A DNA stretch of 64,000 nucleotides from an uncultured Acidobacteriota bacterium. GTDB taxonomy: Bacteria; Acidobacteriota; UBA6911. The DNA lies in contig CAWEJX010000008.1 in the NCBI GenBank assembly GCA_963809485.1, forward strand, positions 416,001-480,000, written 5' to 3'. The position numbers and the translations under genes are program-made. The notes under the pieces were generated by a model that made no database searches, had not been told where the DNA came from, and worked only from the letters and a program-made list of their open reading frames with translations. Below are positions 31,711 through 42,554 of the stretch, in pieces (position 1 is the stretch's first letter; every line of letters starts with the position of its first letter).

Positions 31711-32210
31711 GGCTGCAGCCTTATGAAATAAACATCAAATGTCTGTTTTATGGCTGCCTGGAAGTAGATGCCCGCGAGGCTGTCATTCGCCGGGTCGTAG
31801 GTCAGGTTATAGGTCGAACCGGGGTAGTTCACGTCGCGCAGTTCGATGAAGACACTGACCGTCCCGCCACCCTGCCAGGCCTCTGCTTTCGCCACATTGA
31901 TGGGCCGGGGGTTGAAATAGGCCGCGTTCATCCTACCGTCAGGCTCAACACTTCGGATCTCGATGATGTACCCGCCGTCAGGTCTCTGCCATCGGCCTGT
32001 CAGCTTCTCCAATGCTGCCTTGGGTGTCGCCGCGGCCTTCGGGACGACCGCCGGCGGTGTGTCGGCTAGACGGCCTTTGCTCCACCAAAAGCCAACTGCA
32101 GCCACCACGGCGACCGCCATCACCAAAAAAGCGAAACCATGTATTCGCCGCCCGACTGCCACTGATGCGGGCGGCTTGGCGCTTCTTTTTTTGTTCCGTG
32201 ATTGGCTCAT
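31707..32210 (-). CDS. Membrane-anchored hypothetical protein
   Basis: One TM segment then GRWQRPDGGYII..AAYFNPRPINV..NYPGSTY; 4-bp overlap with anSME. Confidence 0.7.
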   Translation of the reverse strand: MSQSRNKKRSAKPPASVAVGRRIHGFAFLVMAVAVVAAVGFWWSKGRLADTPPAVVPKAAATPKAALEKLTGRWQRPDGGYIIEIRSVEPDGRMNAAYFNPRPINVAKAEAWQGGGTVSVFIELRDVNYPGSTYNLTYDPANDSLAGIYFQAAIKQTFDVYFIRLQP

Positions 32211-32332
32211 TTCACAAACCCGACCTCACCCGATCAGTCATCTTCGATTTTATTTACCAATTCAAGCAGCCGTTCGGCGCTGGCGCTCGCTACAGTCAGG
32301 ATTGCTGGAATGAACGAACCTTAGCACGCGTA

Positions 32333-33980
32333 TCACTTTTTGCCTGCTTTCTTCTCGGCTTCCAGCCTTCTCAGATTCGTATCACCTGCCAAACGGTACG
32401 CTATATAGTACTTGTATACATTCGCCACATACTGGGTTGTTTCCCGGCCGATCTACTTTTGCCACGGCGACTTCGACATTGTTGAACCATTTGTTCGGAT
32501 CATAGCCCATATTCTTGGCCATAGTCCGACAACGGGCGATCTTCGCCGGACCAGCATTGTAGGAAGCAATGGCAAATAACATGCGGTTTATCAGGTCCAA
32601 TCCTGGTTCGTTGAAGTTATCCTCGATCAGGAAATGCATCAGGCGCATACCCGCATGAATATTGTTCTCCTCGATTTCGATATTCGAGACCTTCACTGGC
32701 GCGCCAGCCGCTGTGGATGGCATCACCTGCATGATTCCCACGGCACCAACCGGGCTCTTCACACTCTGGTCCAACCGTGATTCCTGGTAACCCTGCGCCG
32801 CCATCAAGAGGTAGTCAAGATTGTACTGTGTGGAATATTTTTTGAAGTACGGCACAGTAGCTTGAAACTTCTTCATCTCACTTTCTTCTGTGGCGTTCCT
32901 TACGTACTTGGCGCCTTTCAAGTACCTCCGCATCACCGTGTTGCCGAAAGACGTTCCTACGCCGTGTGTCTTGATAAATTCATCGAGAAACGCTTTCATC
33001 TGCGGCGTCCCTTTCTGGATCGCCCATCCCAGTTGCACATCCTCCGCTAATGCCAGATCATTGCGGGGCTTTACCTTGTCAAAAACCTGAGCCCAAAACT
33101 CCGCCTGGAAGCTTTGCATCAATGCAATCTGATATACGCCCGCATTTACCAGTTCCAGTACGTCGCCCGGTTCCAGCACCGGATCGGTCTCGCGCGTCTT
33201 CGCAGGAGCTTTCCCCTTGGATTTCAGCCTGGCATTCAGGTCTTCGAGGTCTTTCTTCATGCGCGTTTGGGGCATCACCCACACTTCTTTGCCGCTCAAA
33301 TCCTCGACGCTTTTAAGTTCGGGAGCGCCCGGCCCTGTCACTGCAATGATTTTCATCCCGGTTCTTGTCGGAACGGTGAAGTCCGCGATGGCCTTATGCG
33401 CTTCCGTGATCGAAATGCTTCCCGCCGCAATGTCACCATAACCGCCTTCCATCCGGTTTCGCATCCGGTCCATAGGAGTCGGCAACAGTACAACGACAAT
33501 CCTGTTTGCTGCAGTCGTCTTGTACTTCGTATTCAGAACCTTTTCGATCTCCTGGAAGGCCTCCTGGAGGATCCCTACCGGACGCCCTTCCATGTAGAAG
33601 AACTCCGGACGCCGGAACGGCACCAGCACGCGGAGGGCGCGCCGCTTGGCAATTGCATCCAGATCGCCTTTCCACGGCAGTTTGACGACCGGAGGGAGGT
33701 CCACATCCCCCGATGCGGCCGGTTGGGCAGCGGCGCTCTTCGGCGTCGGGGGGGCTTGCGGCTGACCGACGCTGATTCCACTCGAACCGACCAAGATGCA
33801 AATGGTAAGCACCACGAATAGTTTTGCAGCGTCCGGTAACCTCCGGAAAGCGCTACGAGGTCTTGGGGCATGGCAACCATCTGTAGCAAGAGATAGCAGT
33901 TGTGGCGAGTCGATCCTCATGTATTTTCTCCTCTTTCGCGATGCTCGCAGGACAGAGCCGGCGCGCATCTTCATAAACAT
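32333..33980 (-). CDS. MltF-like lytic transglycosylase (SBP + SLT domains); frameshift near 32454, start uncertain
   Basis: WKGDLD, AQGYQESRLDQ, GAVGIMQV, ASYNAGP. The second frame restores IGRETTQYVANVYKYY up to a stop at 32333. Confidence 0.85.
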
Positions 33981-34094
33981 TCATCCGAAGCATCTTAGGG
34001 TGACATCGGCTGCCTCGGCCAATACTGAGCCCAACTGCAAAGCCGTGCGATCCCCCAACCAGTTGGCGCACCCATCATGACCATCGCACCGTTC

Positions 34095-34285
34095 GGACGC
34101 TTCGGCGGAAGGATACGTAATCGGATTAAGGTGCTCAGCCCGTAGAGTAGGAACCAGTTCAACGATCGGCAAATGCTCTCGATGCTCGGGCTGCTGCTCA
34201 TGAAACAAGGGTAGCAGCCAGCGCGCTGAGATGGCTACTGCCCTTTGGGGTAGGTGGCATTGGAATGGGACTAGTGATCAAGTGA
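34095..34285 (-). promoter_or_regulatory. Copy C of the promoter module plus a decayed response-regulator 5' end
   Basis: CTACCC-CAAA-GGGCAG...gctgctacccttgtttcATGagcagcagcccgagc, then ESICRSL and, in a shifted frame, HLNPITYPSAEA; compare 37519. Confidence 0.85.
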
Positions 34286-34519
34286 CCGGTGAATAGTATT
34301 CAGTGGTCTATGAGCTGGGGACCGTGTGCTGTGAGCAATGAATAGTCGGAAAGGTTCAAACGGCTTTACTGATCACCATCACTCATCGCCGACTATTGAT
34401 CACTGGTCACCAATCACCTTCGGCATGACTTCCCCCCCAAACCATGTTATTTATTTGAGTTGGATACTAGCTAATTACAGTCTGTCGGCCGGTTTCAAGC
34501 GCCAAGTTCAAGGCTGGTC

Positions 34520-36716
34520 ATGAGTTGGGTTACCGTCATCTGGTCCATGGTCGCGTCCGCGTGTCTCACGCTGGCGGCGATGCATTTGCTGATCTGGTGC
34601 AAGAAGCGCACGGCGTGGGCCAATCTGCTCTTTTCCCTGACGGCGGTGGCGACGGCCGGCCTTGGCGGGCTGTGAGTTGTGGATGATGCGGGCGGAGACG
34701 CCCGGACAGTTCGGAACGGCGCTGCGCTGGGTGCATGTTCCGGTCTTCGCGCTCATCGTTGGGCTGGTTGGTTTCGTGCAGACTTATCTGGGGGCCGGTC
34801 GGCGGTGGCTCGCCTGGACCACGTGCGCGGTGCGGGCGTTCTCGCTGCTGCTCAATTTCCTGATGGAGCCGAATGTCAACTACCGCGAGATCACCCGTCT
34901 GCGGCACATCCCATTCCTGGGCGATTCCGTCTCTGTCTGTGAGGGCGTCCCAAGTCCGTGGAACCTCGTCGGCCATCTGAGCCTGCTGTTGCTTGTGATC
35001 TTCGTCGCGGACGCCGGGATCACCGTCTGGCGACGCGGCGACCGGCGGCAGGCAGTGGTAGTGGGTGGTAGCATCGTGTTCTTCGTGCTGGCAGCGACAG
35101 TGCAGACTATGCTGACGCGCTGGGAAGTTTTCCACTGGCCGGAAACCGCGAGCTTATTCTTCCTGGGCATCGTCGCGGCGATGGGTTACGAAATGAGCAT
35201 TGAGGCGCGCCGGGCCGCGGACTTGTCGGACGAACTGCGCCAAAGCAAAGAGTGGGTAAACCTTGCTACGGATTCAGCAGGCGTGGGGATATGGTTATGG
35301 GATTTTAAATCCGGCGTCATATGGGCTACAGAAAAAGCCCGTACACTATACGGTTTTTTATCGGACGAACTGATACCCTTTGAGAAATTTCTTTCCAAGG
35401 TGCACCCCGACGATATTGATTGGGTCGTCCAGGCCTCACAGAAGTGCCTACAGGAAGGCGCTGATTTCCGCGATGACTACAGGATTGTGATGCCTGATGG
35501 AAGCACCCGATGGGTCAGGGTTCTGGCCAAAGCGTTCGTAACGCCCTCTGGAAAGCCAGAGCGTATGACGGGCGTATCTCTTGATATTACCGAGAACAAA
35601 AGGGCGGAGGAAGCGCTGGTACGAAGCCAGCATTTACTCAGAGAGACCGGAAGGTTGGGGAAGGTTGGCGGCTGGGAATTTAATATCGACACGGCGAAAC
35701 AGACATGGACGGAAGAGACTTACAATATCCACGAAGTGGACCTCACCTACGAACCGACAGTAGAAAGAGGACTCGATTTCTATACCACTGATTCCAAGCC
35801 AATAATTGAACGCGCTGTGCAGAGAGCCATCGAGCACGGCGAGCCGTTTGATTTGGAGCTGGAAATCATCACGGCCAAAGGCAATCTTCGGAGCGTAAAT
35901 GCCATTGGGAATGCGGATCTGAAACACCGCAGAGTTTATGGTTTCTTCCAAGACATTACCGAGCGCAAGCGGTCGGAGTTTGAGGCTTTGAATCAGCGCA
36001 ACCAATTAGCTCACGTCGCGCGTATCTCTACGATGGGCGAACTGGCTACGTCGTTGGCGCACGAATTAAGTCAACCGCTGGGCGCCATCCTCCGCAATGC
36101 CGAGGCGGCGGAGCTTTTTCTGCAGGCCACCTCACCGAACCTTGAGGAAGTGCGCGACATCCTGGCGGATATCCAGAAGGACGATCAGCGTGCAGGCGCG
36201 GTGATCGACCGGATGCGCTCGCTGCTGAAGCGGCGCGACGTTGAACACAGCCTGCTTGATTTGAACCTGCTCGCAAACGAAGTCATCAGCCTTATACGCC
36301 CGGAGGCCGGAGCTCGCAAAATCGGGCTGGAGCTTGTCCCCGATTCACCGCTTCCGCCGGTGCGCGGCGACCGGGTTCAATTGCAGCAGGTTTTGCTCAA
36401 TCTTCTGCTCAACGCGATGGACGCGATGAATGACTCCGCGCCTGATGACCGCCGGGTCACCGTGCGCATCCAGGCTGCGCGCGCGCAGGTCGAGGTCGCC
36501 GTGAGCGACACCGGCCAAGGCATTCCGGCGGACAAGCTCGCTAACGTCTTCGAGCCGTTCTTCACCACCAAGCCGAACGGCCTGGGCGTGGGCTTGCCGA
36601 TCTCCCGAAATATCATCGAAGCGCACGGAGGGAGCATCCGGGCGGAAAACGCTTCGGACGGCGGGGCCACCTTCTGCTTCACGCTGCCGGTGGCGAAAGA
36701 GGGAGGCACCGCATGA
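34520..36716 (+). CDS. Membrane PAS-domain sensor histidine kinase (FixL/NodV-like); frameshift near 34661
   Basis: MSWVTVIWSM N-terminus, several TM segments, two PAS domains, LAHELSQPL, QVLLNLLLNAMDA, FFTTKPNGLGVGL. Confidence 0.88.
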
Positions 36717-37330
36717 ACGACGCCGCGCCCATTGTGCACGTGGTGGACGACGACACGTCGTTTTTGACGGCGGTCGCACGTATGTTGCGCGCATCCGGTT
36801 TCTCGGTGAAGACCTTTGGCTCGCCGGCAGAGTTCCTGGCCTGCCGGGAACTCAACGTCCATGGGTGTGTCCTTGCGGACTTGCGGATGCCCGGCTTGAA
36901 CGGGCTGGAATTGCAGGAGGCACTCGCGAAGGAGGGGCACAGGATGCCGGTTATCTTTCTCAGTGGACATGGAGATATTCCGACCACCGTGCAAGCGATG
37001 CGGCGGGGCGCGGAAGATTTTCTTACGAAGCGCGCGCCGAAGGAGGACTTAATTAATGCCGTGAAACGCGCGCTCGAACGCGATGCTCGTGAGCGCGCGG
37101 AGCGGACGCGTCTGGAAGCGTTGCATGCTCGTTTCGCCGCGCTCACGCCGCGCGAGCTTGAAGTGCTGAAGCACGTCGTGCAGGGAAAACTGAACAAGCA
37201 GATCGCATACGACCTCGGCATCCACGAACGAACGGTGAAACTCCATCGCACCGCCATAACGACCAAGCTGGGTGTTCACTCCACCCCCGAGCTGACGAAA
37301 CTGTGGTTAGAAGCAGGCGAGAGGCGGTGA
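36713..37330 (+). CDS. FixJ/NodW-family response regulator (REC + LuxR HTH)
   Basis: VHVVDDD, DLRMPGLNG, DFLTK, LTPRELEVL..GKLNKQIA.DLGI.ERTVKLHR. Confidence 0.92.
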   Translation: MNDAAPIVHVVDDDTSFLTAVARMLRASGFSVKTFGSPAEFLACRELNVHGCVLADLRMPGLNGLELQEALAKEGHRMPVIFLSGHGDIPTTVQAMRRGAEDFLTKRAPKEDLINAVKRALERDARERAERTRLEALHARFAALTPRELEVLKHVVQGKLNKQIAYDLGIHERTVKLHRTAITTKLGVHSTPELTKLWLEAGERR

Positions 37331-37464
37331 TCGGTAATCAGTGATTAGTAATCAGTAGGAATATTACTAAAGCCGCCGCCTGACAATTGTTACCGTTTTA
37401 ATGGTTACCGCACATTGATGGTCTATCACTGGTCATCGATCAGCGCTCCTTGACCCCTCGTCCA

Positions 37465-37518
37465 ACCTACCCCTAAGGGCAGTAGTCAGCCCAGTGTGCC
37501 GGCTGCTATCCTTGTTTT
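37465..37518 (+). promoter_or_regulatory. Copy A (intact): palindromic operator and extended -10 of a leaderless promoter
   Basis: CTACCC-CTAA-GGGCAG at 37467-37482; TGcTATCCT ends 6 bp before the ATG at 37519; no Shine-Dalgarno. Confidence 0.65.
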
Positions 37519-37929
37519 ATGAGCAGCAGCCCGAACATCTATGTCGCGGTTATTGATGATGACGAGAGCATTTGCCAATCGGTGAGCCGGTTCCTGCGGG
37601 CCGCTCACATTAATCCGATCACCTATCCATCCGCAGAAGCGTTCCTCGAGGACGCGAAGCATCCGAAGTTTGATTGTCTGGTACTCGACATTCAACTCGA
37701 AGGGATGTCCGGGCTGGATCTGAGCCGGAGACTCTCTTCCGTCCAGGATGCCACTCCAGTCATCTTCATCACGGCACACGATGAACCTAAGGTGCGTGCG
37801 CAGGCGGAGGCATGCGGTTGTGCCGGCTACTTCCGCAAGACGGAATCCGGCGCTGACGTCCTCACTGCCATCCGTCGCGCCATCGGCCTGAAAGATTCTG
37901 AATCCGGGTGCAAGCAGAGAGACCCGTAG
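37519..37929 (+). CDS. Single-domain response regulator
   Basis: VAVIDDDESI, LDIQLEGMSG, IFITAHD, YFRK. Confidence 0.9.
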   Translation: MSSSPNIYVAVIDDDESICQSVSRFLRAAHINPITYPSAEAFLEDAKHPKFDCLVLDIQLEGMSGLDLSRRLSSVQDATPVIFITAHDEPKVRAQAEACGCAGYFRKTESGADVLTAIRRAIGLKDSESGCKQRDP

Positions 37930-38144
37930 CGTAAAGAAACTCAACCCGAAATGACGCCTCTTTATCGATCTCAACCCCCATCCCAGCATCGGATCGGGTT
38001 CAATATAATCGACCAAACGATTGCATCCTTCCCGCCGGAGCAATCCAGACAGTTTTATGGTGAGTAACCGAAAACTTGAAAATCCGTCGCGGATCTCGTA
38101 AATCTCTGCTTCATTCCACCCAAGAATCGATCCCTATCACACCC

Positions 38145-38591
38145 TTACGTTTCGCTCTTATTCAGTTTGGACGGGAGGTGGAGAGGCTTGCTTGGATCAT
38201 AGTGGAACAACTGCGATCCAGTTTCGGTCGGTGCCGGCCGGCGTTTAAGATCTGCTATCCGCCTTTGGATCTCATCTGCAACTGATTCCGTTTCAGCTGG
38301 TATCTTCGTTTTGGGCAACAAGGCAGAATTCTCAGATCGAGTCTTTGGCTCAAGCGATCCGCACTTTTGTGAATTCCGTGTTTTCTTCAAGCGAGCGCGT
38401 ACGAAATCGTTAACGGTGCTACGCGACGCCTGAACATCACAACGTTCGGACAATATTCGCGAAATTTCCCGATATGTGCGACCGCGCCGACGTAGTTCGT
38501 GGATCAACTCGGCGTATGGTTCCAAGCGAGAGCGTGACGGCCTAGGGGGAATAGTTTCAAGAATGGCTCGAAATGCATCATCCTGTATCAT
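38145..38591 (-). CDS. Element backbone hypothetical protein, possibly DNA-binding
   Basis: RSRLEPYAELIHELRRRGRTYREISRILSERC..STVNDFVR has an HTH-like pattern; lies next to the candidate oriT. Confidence 0.55.
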   Translation of the reverse strand: MIQDDAFRAILETIPPRPSRSRLEPYAELIHELRRRGRTYREISRILSERCDVQASRSTVNDFVRARLKKTRNSQKCGSLEPKTRSENSALLPKTKIPAETESVADEIQRRIADLKRRPAPTETGSQLFHYDPSKPLHLPSKLNKSET

Positions 38592-38602
38592 GATTCGCAC
38601 GA

Positions 38603-38725
38603 CCGGACAAGAGGCTGACAAGTGCCGAACAAGTGGCGGTCAAAGGCCGGACAAGACCCGGATAGGGAGCGCGGAGAGCAGGTCCGCGCAATCCTACGCC
38701 GAAGGCTTAGGGATGGTGTCTTCTT
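38603..38725 (+). other. Candidate oriT: six 11-bp repeats, two hairpins and a nic-like sequence
   Basis: ccggacaagag/gctgacaagtg/ccgaacaagtg/gcggtcaaagg/ccggacaagac/ccggataggga; gcgcgga..tccgcgc; CCTACGCCGAAGGCTTAGG-GATGGTGTCT. Confidence 0.5.
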
Positions 38726-38772
38726 AAAAGAAATCAGCAATGGCCAAATGAAATCCATTTTCGATGGCCTCC

Positions 38773-39102
38773 TCATGCCTGATCCGGCTCGATTTTCTCA
38801 ACCGAGATTTCGCGGATGAATGGACAGGTTCCGGTAGAAAATCTATCCGGTCTCACGGGTTCCTGGATCAGCGCCAATCCATAAGCAGAGATGATGGCGA
38901 GCAGTGCGTTAAGATTTCTGCCCTTTACCCGAGCATCGTGGGTTGCGAAGGTAAGGCGCACCTCGTCAGTGCCGCCCTCTGCATAGAGGAACTGGCTCCA
39001 GGGCAAAACATAGGTGCGCTTCAGCAAAACTACCTGCAGGGTAAGTGAATGAGCCTGCGCGTCCATGTGCCGGGTCCGATCATCGGCTGATACCATGGTC
39101 AT
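38773..39102 (-). CDS. Element backbone hypothetical protein
   Basis: 109-aa ORF overlapping the relaxase end (YVLPWSQFLYAEG). Confidence 0.6.
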   Translation of the reverse strand: MTMVSADDRTRHMDAQAHSLTLQVVLLKRTYVLPWSQFLYAEGGTDEVRLTFATHDARVKGRNLNALLAIISAYGLALIQEPVRPDRFSTGTCPFIREISVEKIEPDQA

Positions 39103-40352
39103 GGTCTCTTTCCATTCCGGGTTGTTTCTCCAAATGTTCCAGATGCAGCTCTCTCCTCATTATCAAGGACATATACAGGGCCGCGCGTTTCACCATCTGG
39201 TGCGCAGCTGCCAGGCCACGCTGGACGCCTCGGCCACATCCCGGCTTCGTTTTCCTGGCCAACTCGGAAGCAGACTGCCTTGCTGCAGATCGTGCAACCG
39301 ATTCGCGCAGCAATTGTTTGTCTCCGGTAAAAACCAGCACGCTTTTTCTTCCTCGGGAAGCCGCAACATAAAACAACTCCTTCCGCATGCCATCGGCTGA
39401 AATGATGACCGAATCAACCGACTTCCCCTGACTGCGATGCGCCGTTACCGCATATCCATGAGTGCATTGTCTGAAGTGGCGAGGAAGGATACGGCCATCC
39501 TCAAGGTGAATCCTACCCTTGGAATCAACCTTCCAAACGGTGACGATTTCGCCGTTAGTGCTGCGGAATTCTTCCGTCCGGAAATTTGCATTCAGGACAA
39601 GCTTGTCGCCGGATGCGACCTCGATGTCCTTGCGCTCGAACACATCGAAGCTGTTTGCTTGCCTAGCCGTAAGGATTCGAGTCTGGCCAAGCTCATTGCG
39701 AACTGTCAGGCGTTTATCCTCAACCTGAATCACATCAACGGTTTCATTCTTTCTAATGCCTTTGGCTGCACGATGAAATATCAGCAACTGACCAGGACGG
39801 AAATTTTTCATTTCGCTCTTTTGGGCGTTGGTCCAATTCAGAGAAACATCTCTGTTCAGCTGGACACTCTTACCGAGTTGGCCGGCTTTCTTCCGGGCTG
39901 AGCGGATTGCTCCCGTAAAACGGTCAATTTCTTCGTGGGTTGCACAAACCACCAATGCATTCTGTGGCTTTGCCTCTATATAAGCCTTTGCTATTGCCTG
40001 GGGGCGATCCAGGAAGGCGATTTCACGAACCGCTCCAATCTCATCCAGTTTTTTGAAACCGCTTTCAGGATTTCGCCTCAGCTCCTGAATTGCTTCGCGA
40101 TAGCCGATTGCCGTCTGGCGATGTGCGGTCGGCGCTCTGTCTTTGCCGCAAAAACTCGCCTGTTTTCGGATGACAGGCTTGCCGCAGGAACTCAAATTCC
40201 GTACCTTTAACTTCCCCGCTGAGTCCCAGCAGTTCTGCTCCACGTCCGCGCCATTGACCCATGACACGTTCACCCTCCGCATAGTAGTCGCTATGCTCGA
40301 GGTGTTTTGACGAATACCCTTGTCCATCGGACATGGCACGGAATGTAAGCAT
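39080..40352 (-). pseudogene. MOBF (TrwC-like) relaxase-helicase with a large internal deletion near 40115
   Basis: N-terminus MLTFRAM..DYYAEG..GQWRGRGAELLGLSGEV joined out of frame to a helicase tail (HGYAVTAHRSQGKSVD, FYVAASRGR). HUH and Walker A motifs are absent. Confidence 0.85.
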
Positions 40353-40357
40353 GTAGG

Positions 40358-41143
40358 TCAATGTTTCTTCGGAATATGGATTGTCGGTCTGACCGGGGGG
40401 CTCACAAGTTGGATCGCACTCTCCGCCTTTGGAGGCCGATCGAGCCATTGCTGGAACAGCATGCCAATTCCGATCCCCAGAATCAGCGCAAGACAGGACA
40501 ATGCATAAAGGGACCATCGGTACTCCTGACGAAACGAGCAGGAAAGTTCTTGTGCGGCAAAGCTGGCCGTCTCCGCTGCATGGCGAATAGAGGATGTGAT
40601 CTCACTAATTGATCGATCAGCCTGTGCTACTACGCCTCGGTAAGAATCGCTGAGATGGTCTGCCGTACGCCCGAACTCGGCCGTTGTTTGTTTCATCTGT
40701 TCTGCAGCCAGGGTCAGGTCTTCAGCCGTTTGCGGGATAGTGGATCTGACAAACTGTTGCCTCAGGCTTTCATTGATATTGCCGGCGATAACGTCCGGAC
40801 TGATCCCTTGTTTGATTTGATCAGGGAGGCAGCTCAAGCGCTCGTCTAATAGCTTCTGATACGTCAGGGAGGACCGGAGATTCTCCTCGATCTTCTGCAT
40901 TGCAGAAGCAAACAAGTGTTCCAGTCTTTCCCGCTCCGCAACCACATCGGCAGGCACTTGAATCATCAGAATCGTGAGAAACTGAATTACCCTCATAACG
41001 CGAAGCATTTCATCATTTTCCGGAAGCGACCGTCAGTGCCCTAATTCCCGATAATAGTCGGAACGCACGCTTTCCGGCAGAGCATTAGCAATGCGATCTA
41101 TGAGATCAGGCTCAACCGAGTCGCCCAGTACTTTTTCTTTCAT
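40358..41143 (-). pseudogene. Backbone coiled-coil protein with a C-terminal TM segment, interrupted by an in-frame TGA at 41033-41035
   Basis: ATG at 41143 overlaps the upstream stop (ATGA) and is in frame with ORF 40358-41008: ..YYRELGH*RSLPENDEMLR.. Confidence 0.65.
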
Positions 41144-41862
41144 GGCAGGAGCAGTTCCTTTACTTTTTCAAATTCGTCAAACATTCTGCGCCGGTAACTC
41201 TGAGCACGCATCACAAGGGAGGACTTTTGCAGCTCGGGCACGCGGTTGGCTCTCGTGGCGATATCTCCCAAGGTGAGTCCGTGATTACGCGCGCCATTTT
41301 CGAGTTCCGGCAGCCGGTAATCCATGTGAATTACGGCCGGCTTAAATACCTCCCTAAACTGCCGGGCTTGTTCGCTTTCGTTCCAGTAGATAAAGTCGGC
41401 ATGCTCAGTGATGCTGTTTTCCACGATCAGGTACGTCACCTTGTTCTGGAGGCGCGCTGCCCAGGTAAGTAGGCTTTCAACACTTGCCGGATCGGCCGTC
41501 ACCACGCCAATGGCAGTAAACGCTATTCCGACCTCGGAGACATCCGGGTACATGCGATCAAACCACTCGTACGTGATCTGGCCGGCGCCGGCTCCCATAT
41601 CTGCCAGAATAACCGGCACTCCATTGGAGAGATGATCGATGAAAGCGTCGAGACCTGCCGGCGTGTGGATGTTTATTTTAGGAACGCGTCCACCGAAAAA
41701 GTGGGTCAGCGATCCTCGCGCTTTATTTTCGGTATCGAGATCCAACAGTTGCACTGGGATTTGGTTGGAGTCAAGCCACTCCGCCAGCCCTGTCATTATG
41801 CTCGTCTTCCCTACTCCGCCTTTCCCTCCCATGGAGAGAATGACTCTCTTTTCGGAATTCAT
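41140..41862 (-). CDS. ParA/MinD/CbiA-type P-loop protein of the mobilisation module
   Basis: GGKGGVGKT deviant Walker A, LLDLDTEN, ADMGAG. Confidence 0.8.
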   Translation of the reverse strand: MNSEKRVILSMGGKGGVGKTSIMTGLAEWLDSNQIPVQLLDLDTENKARGSLTHFFGGRVPKINIHTPAGLDAFIDHLSNGVPVILADMGAGAGQITYEWFDRMYPDVSEVGIAFTAIGVVTADPASVESLLTWAARLQNKVTYLIVENSITEHADFIYWNESEQARQFREVFKPAVIHMDYRLPELENGARNHGLTLGDIATRANRVPELQKSSLVMRAQSYRRRMFDEFEKVKELLLP

Positions 41863-42258
41863 GAATAGGACCTCCTTCTACAATCCGACTTGCAGCTTCA
41901 TACGCACGGTTCTCCGATGGGTTCAGGCAAATCTCAACTTATGAGATTTTTTTTGAAGTAACCGCGCATTTATTCTCAGACCATTTGCTGAGGGCTACCC
42001 AAATGAGTTGGTCTGGAGCTGCACGGTACTACTAGAGAGCGAAGAAATACCCAGAAACTTACCTCTCACTCTGAAAGAGTGAGCCCTTCGATTTTAGGGT
42101 AAGAAGTCGCACCTTTTTTGACTCTATGGGGGAGGAAGACCTGCCACTGCAGAAAAAAATGGCCTTCGGAGAGAATCAGTGACGGATTAGTTCAAAAATT
42201 CTTTTGGTCGCTATTGACAGCTGCCAGGCGGCAATCTCATCTTGAACATTGATGGTAA

Positions 42259-42537
42259 GTGCCAATGGTTGAAAGCATATTTTCTACAAGGAATCTTATG
42301 CTGCCGAATGATGGCATTCTGACCGTTTCTGATGTTGCCACGGAATTGCGCTGCTCAAAGGCTCACGTTCATAATGCAATTAAAGGAAAAGTCGCCGGAG
42401 TATCCCAACTGCCGGCAATCCATATGGGCCGTCGGAAACTGATCCGGCGAAGTGCACTGGAGCAATGGAAAACTGCCAATGAGAGGCATTCATTTGATGG
42501 TATGATGCCAAAATCATCGGAAATTGACGCCGCGTGA
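42259..42537 (+). CDS. Excisionase-like helix-turn-helix protein
   Basis: ILTVSDVATELRCSKAHV..LPAIHMGRRKLIRRSALEQW; directly upstream of the integrase. Confidence 0.8.
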   Translation: MPMVESIFSTRNLMLPNDGILTVSDVATELRCSKAHVHNAIKGKVAGVSQLPAIHMGRRKLIRRSALEQWKTANERHSFDGMMPKSSEIDAA

Positions 42538-42554
42538 CCATGAGAGGAGACCTC

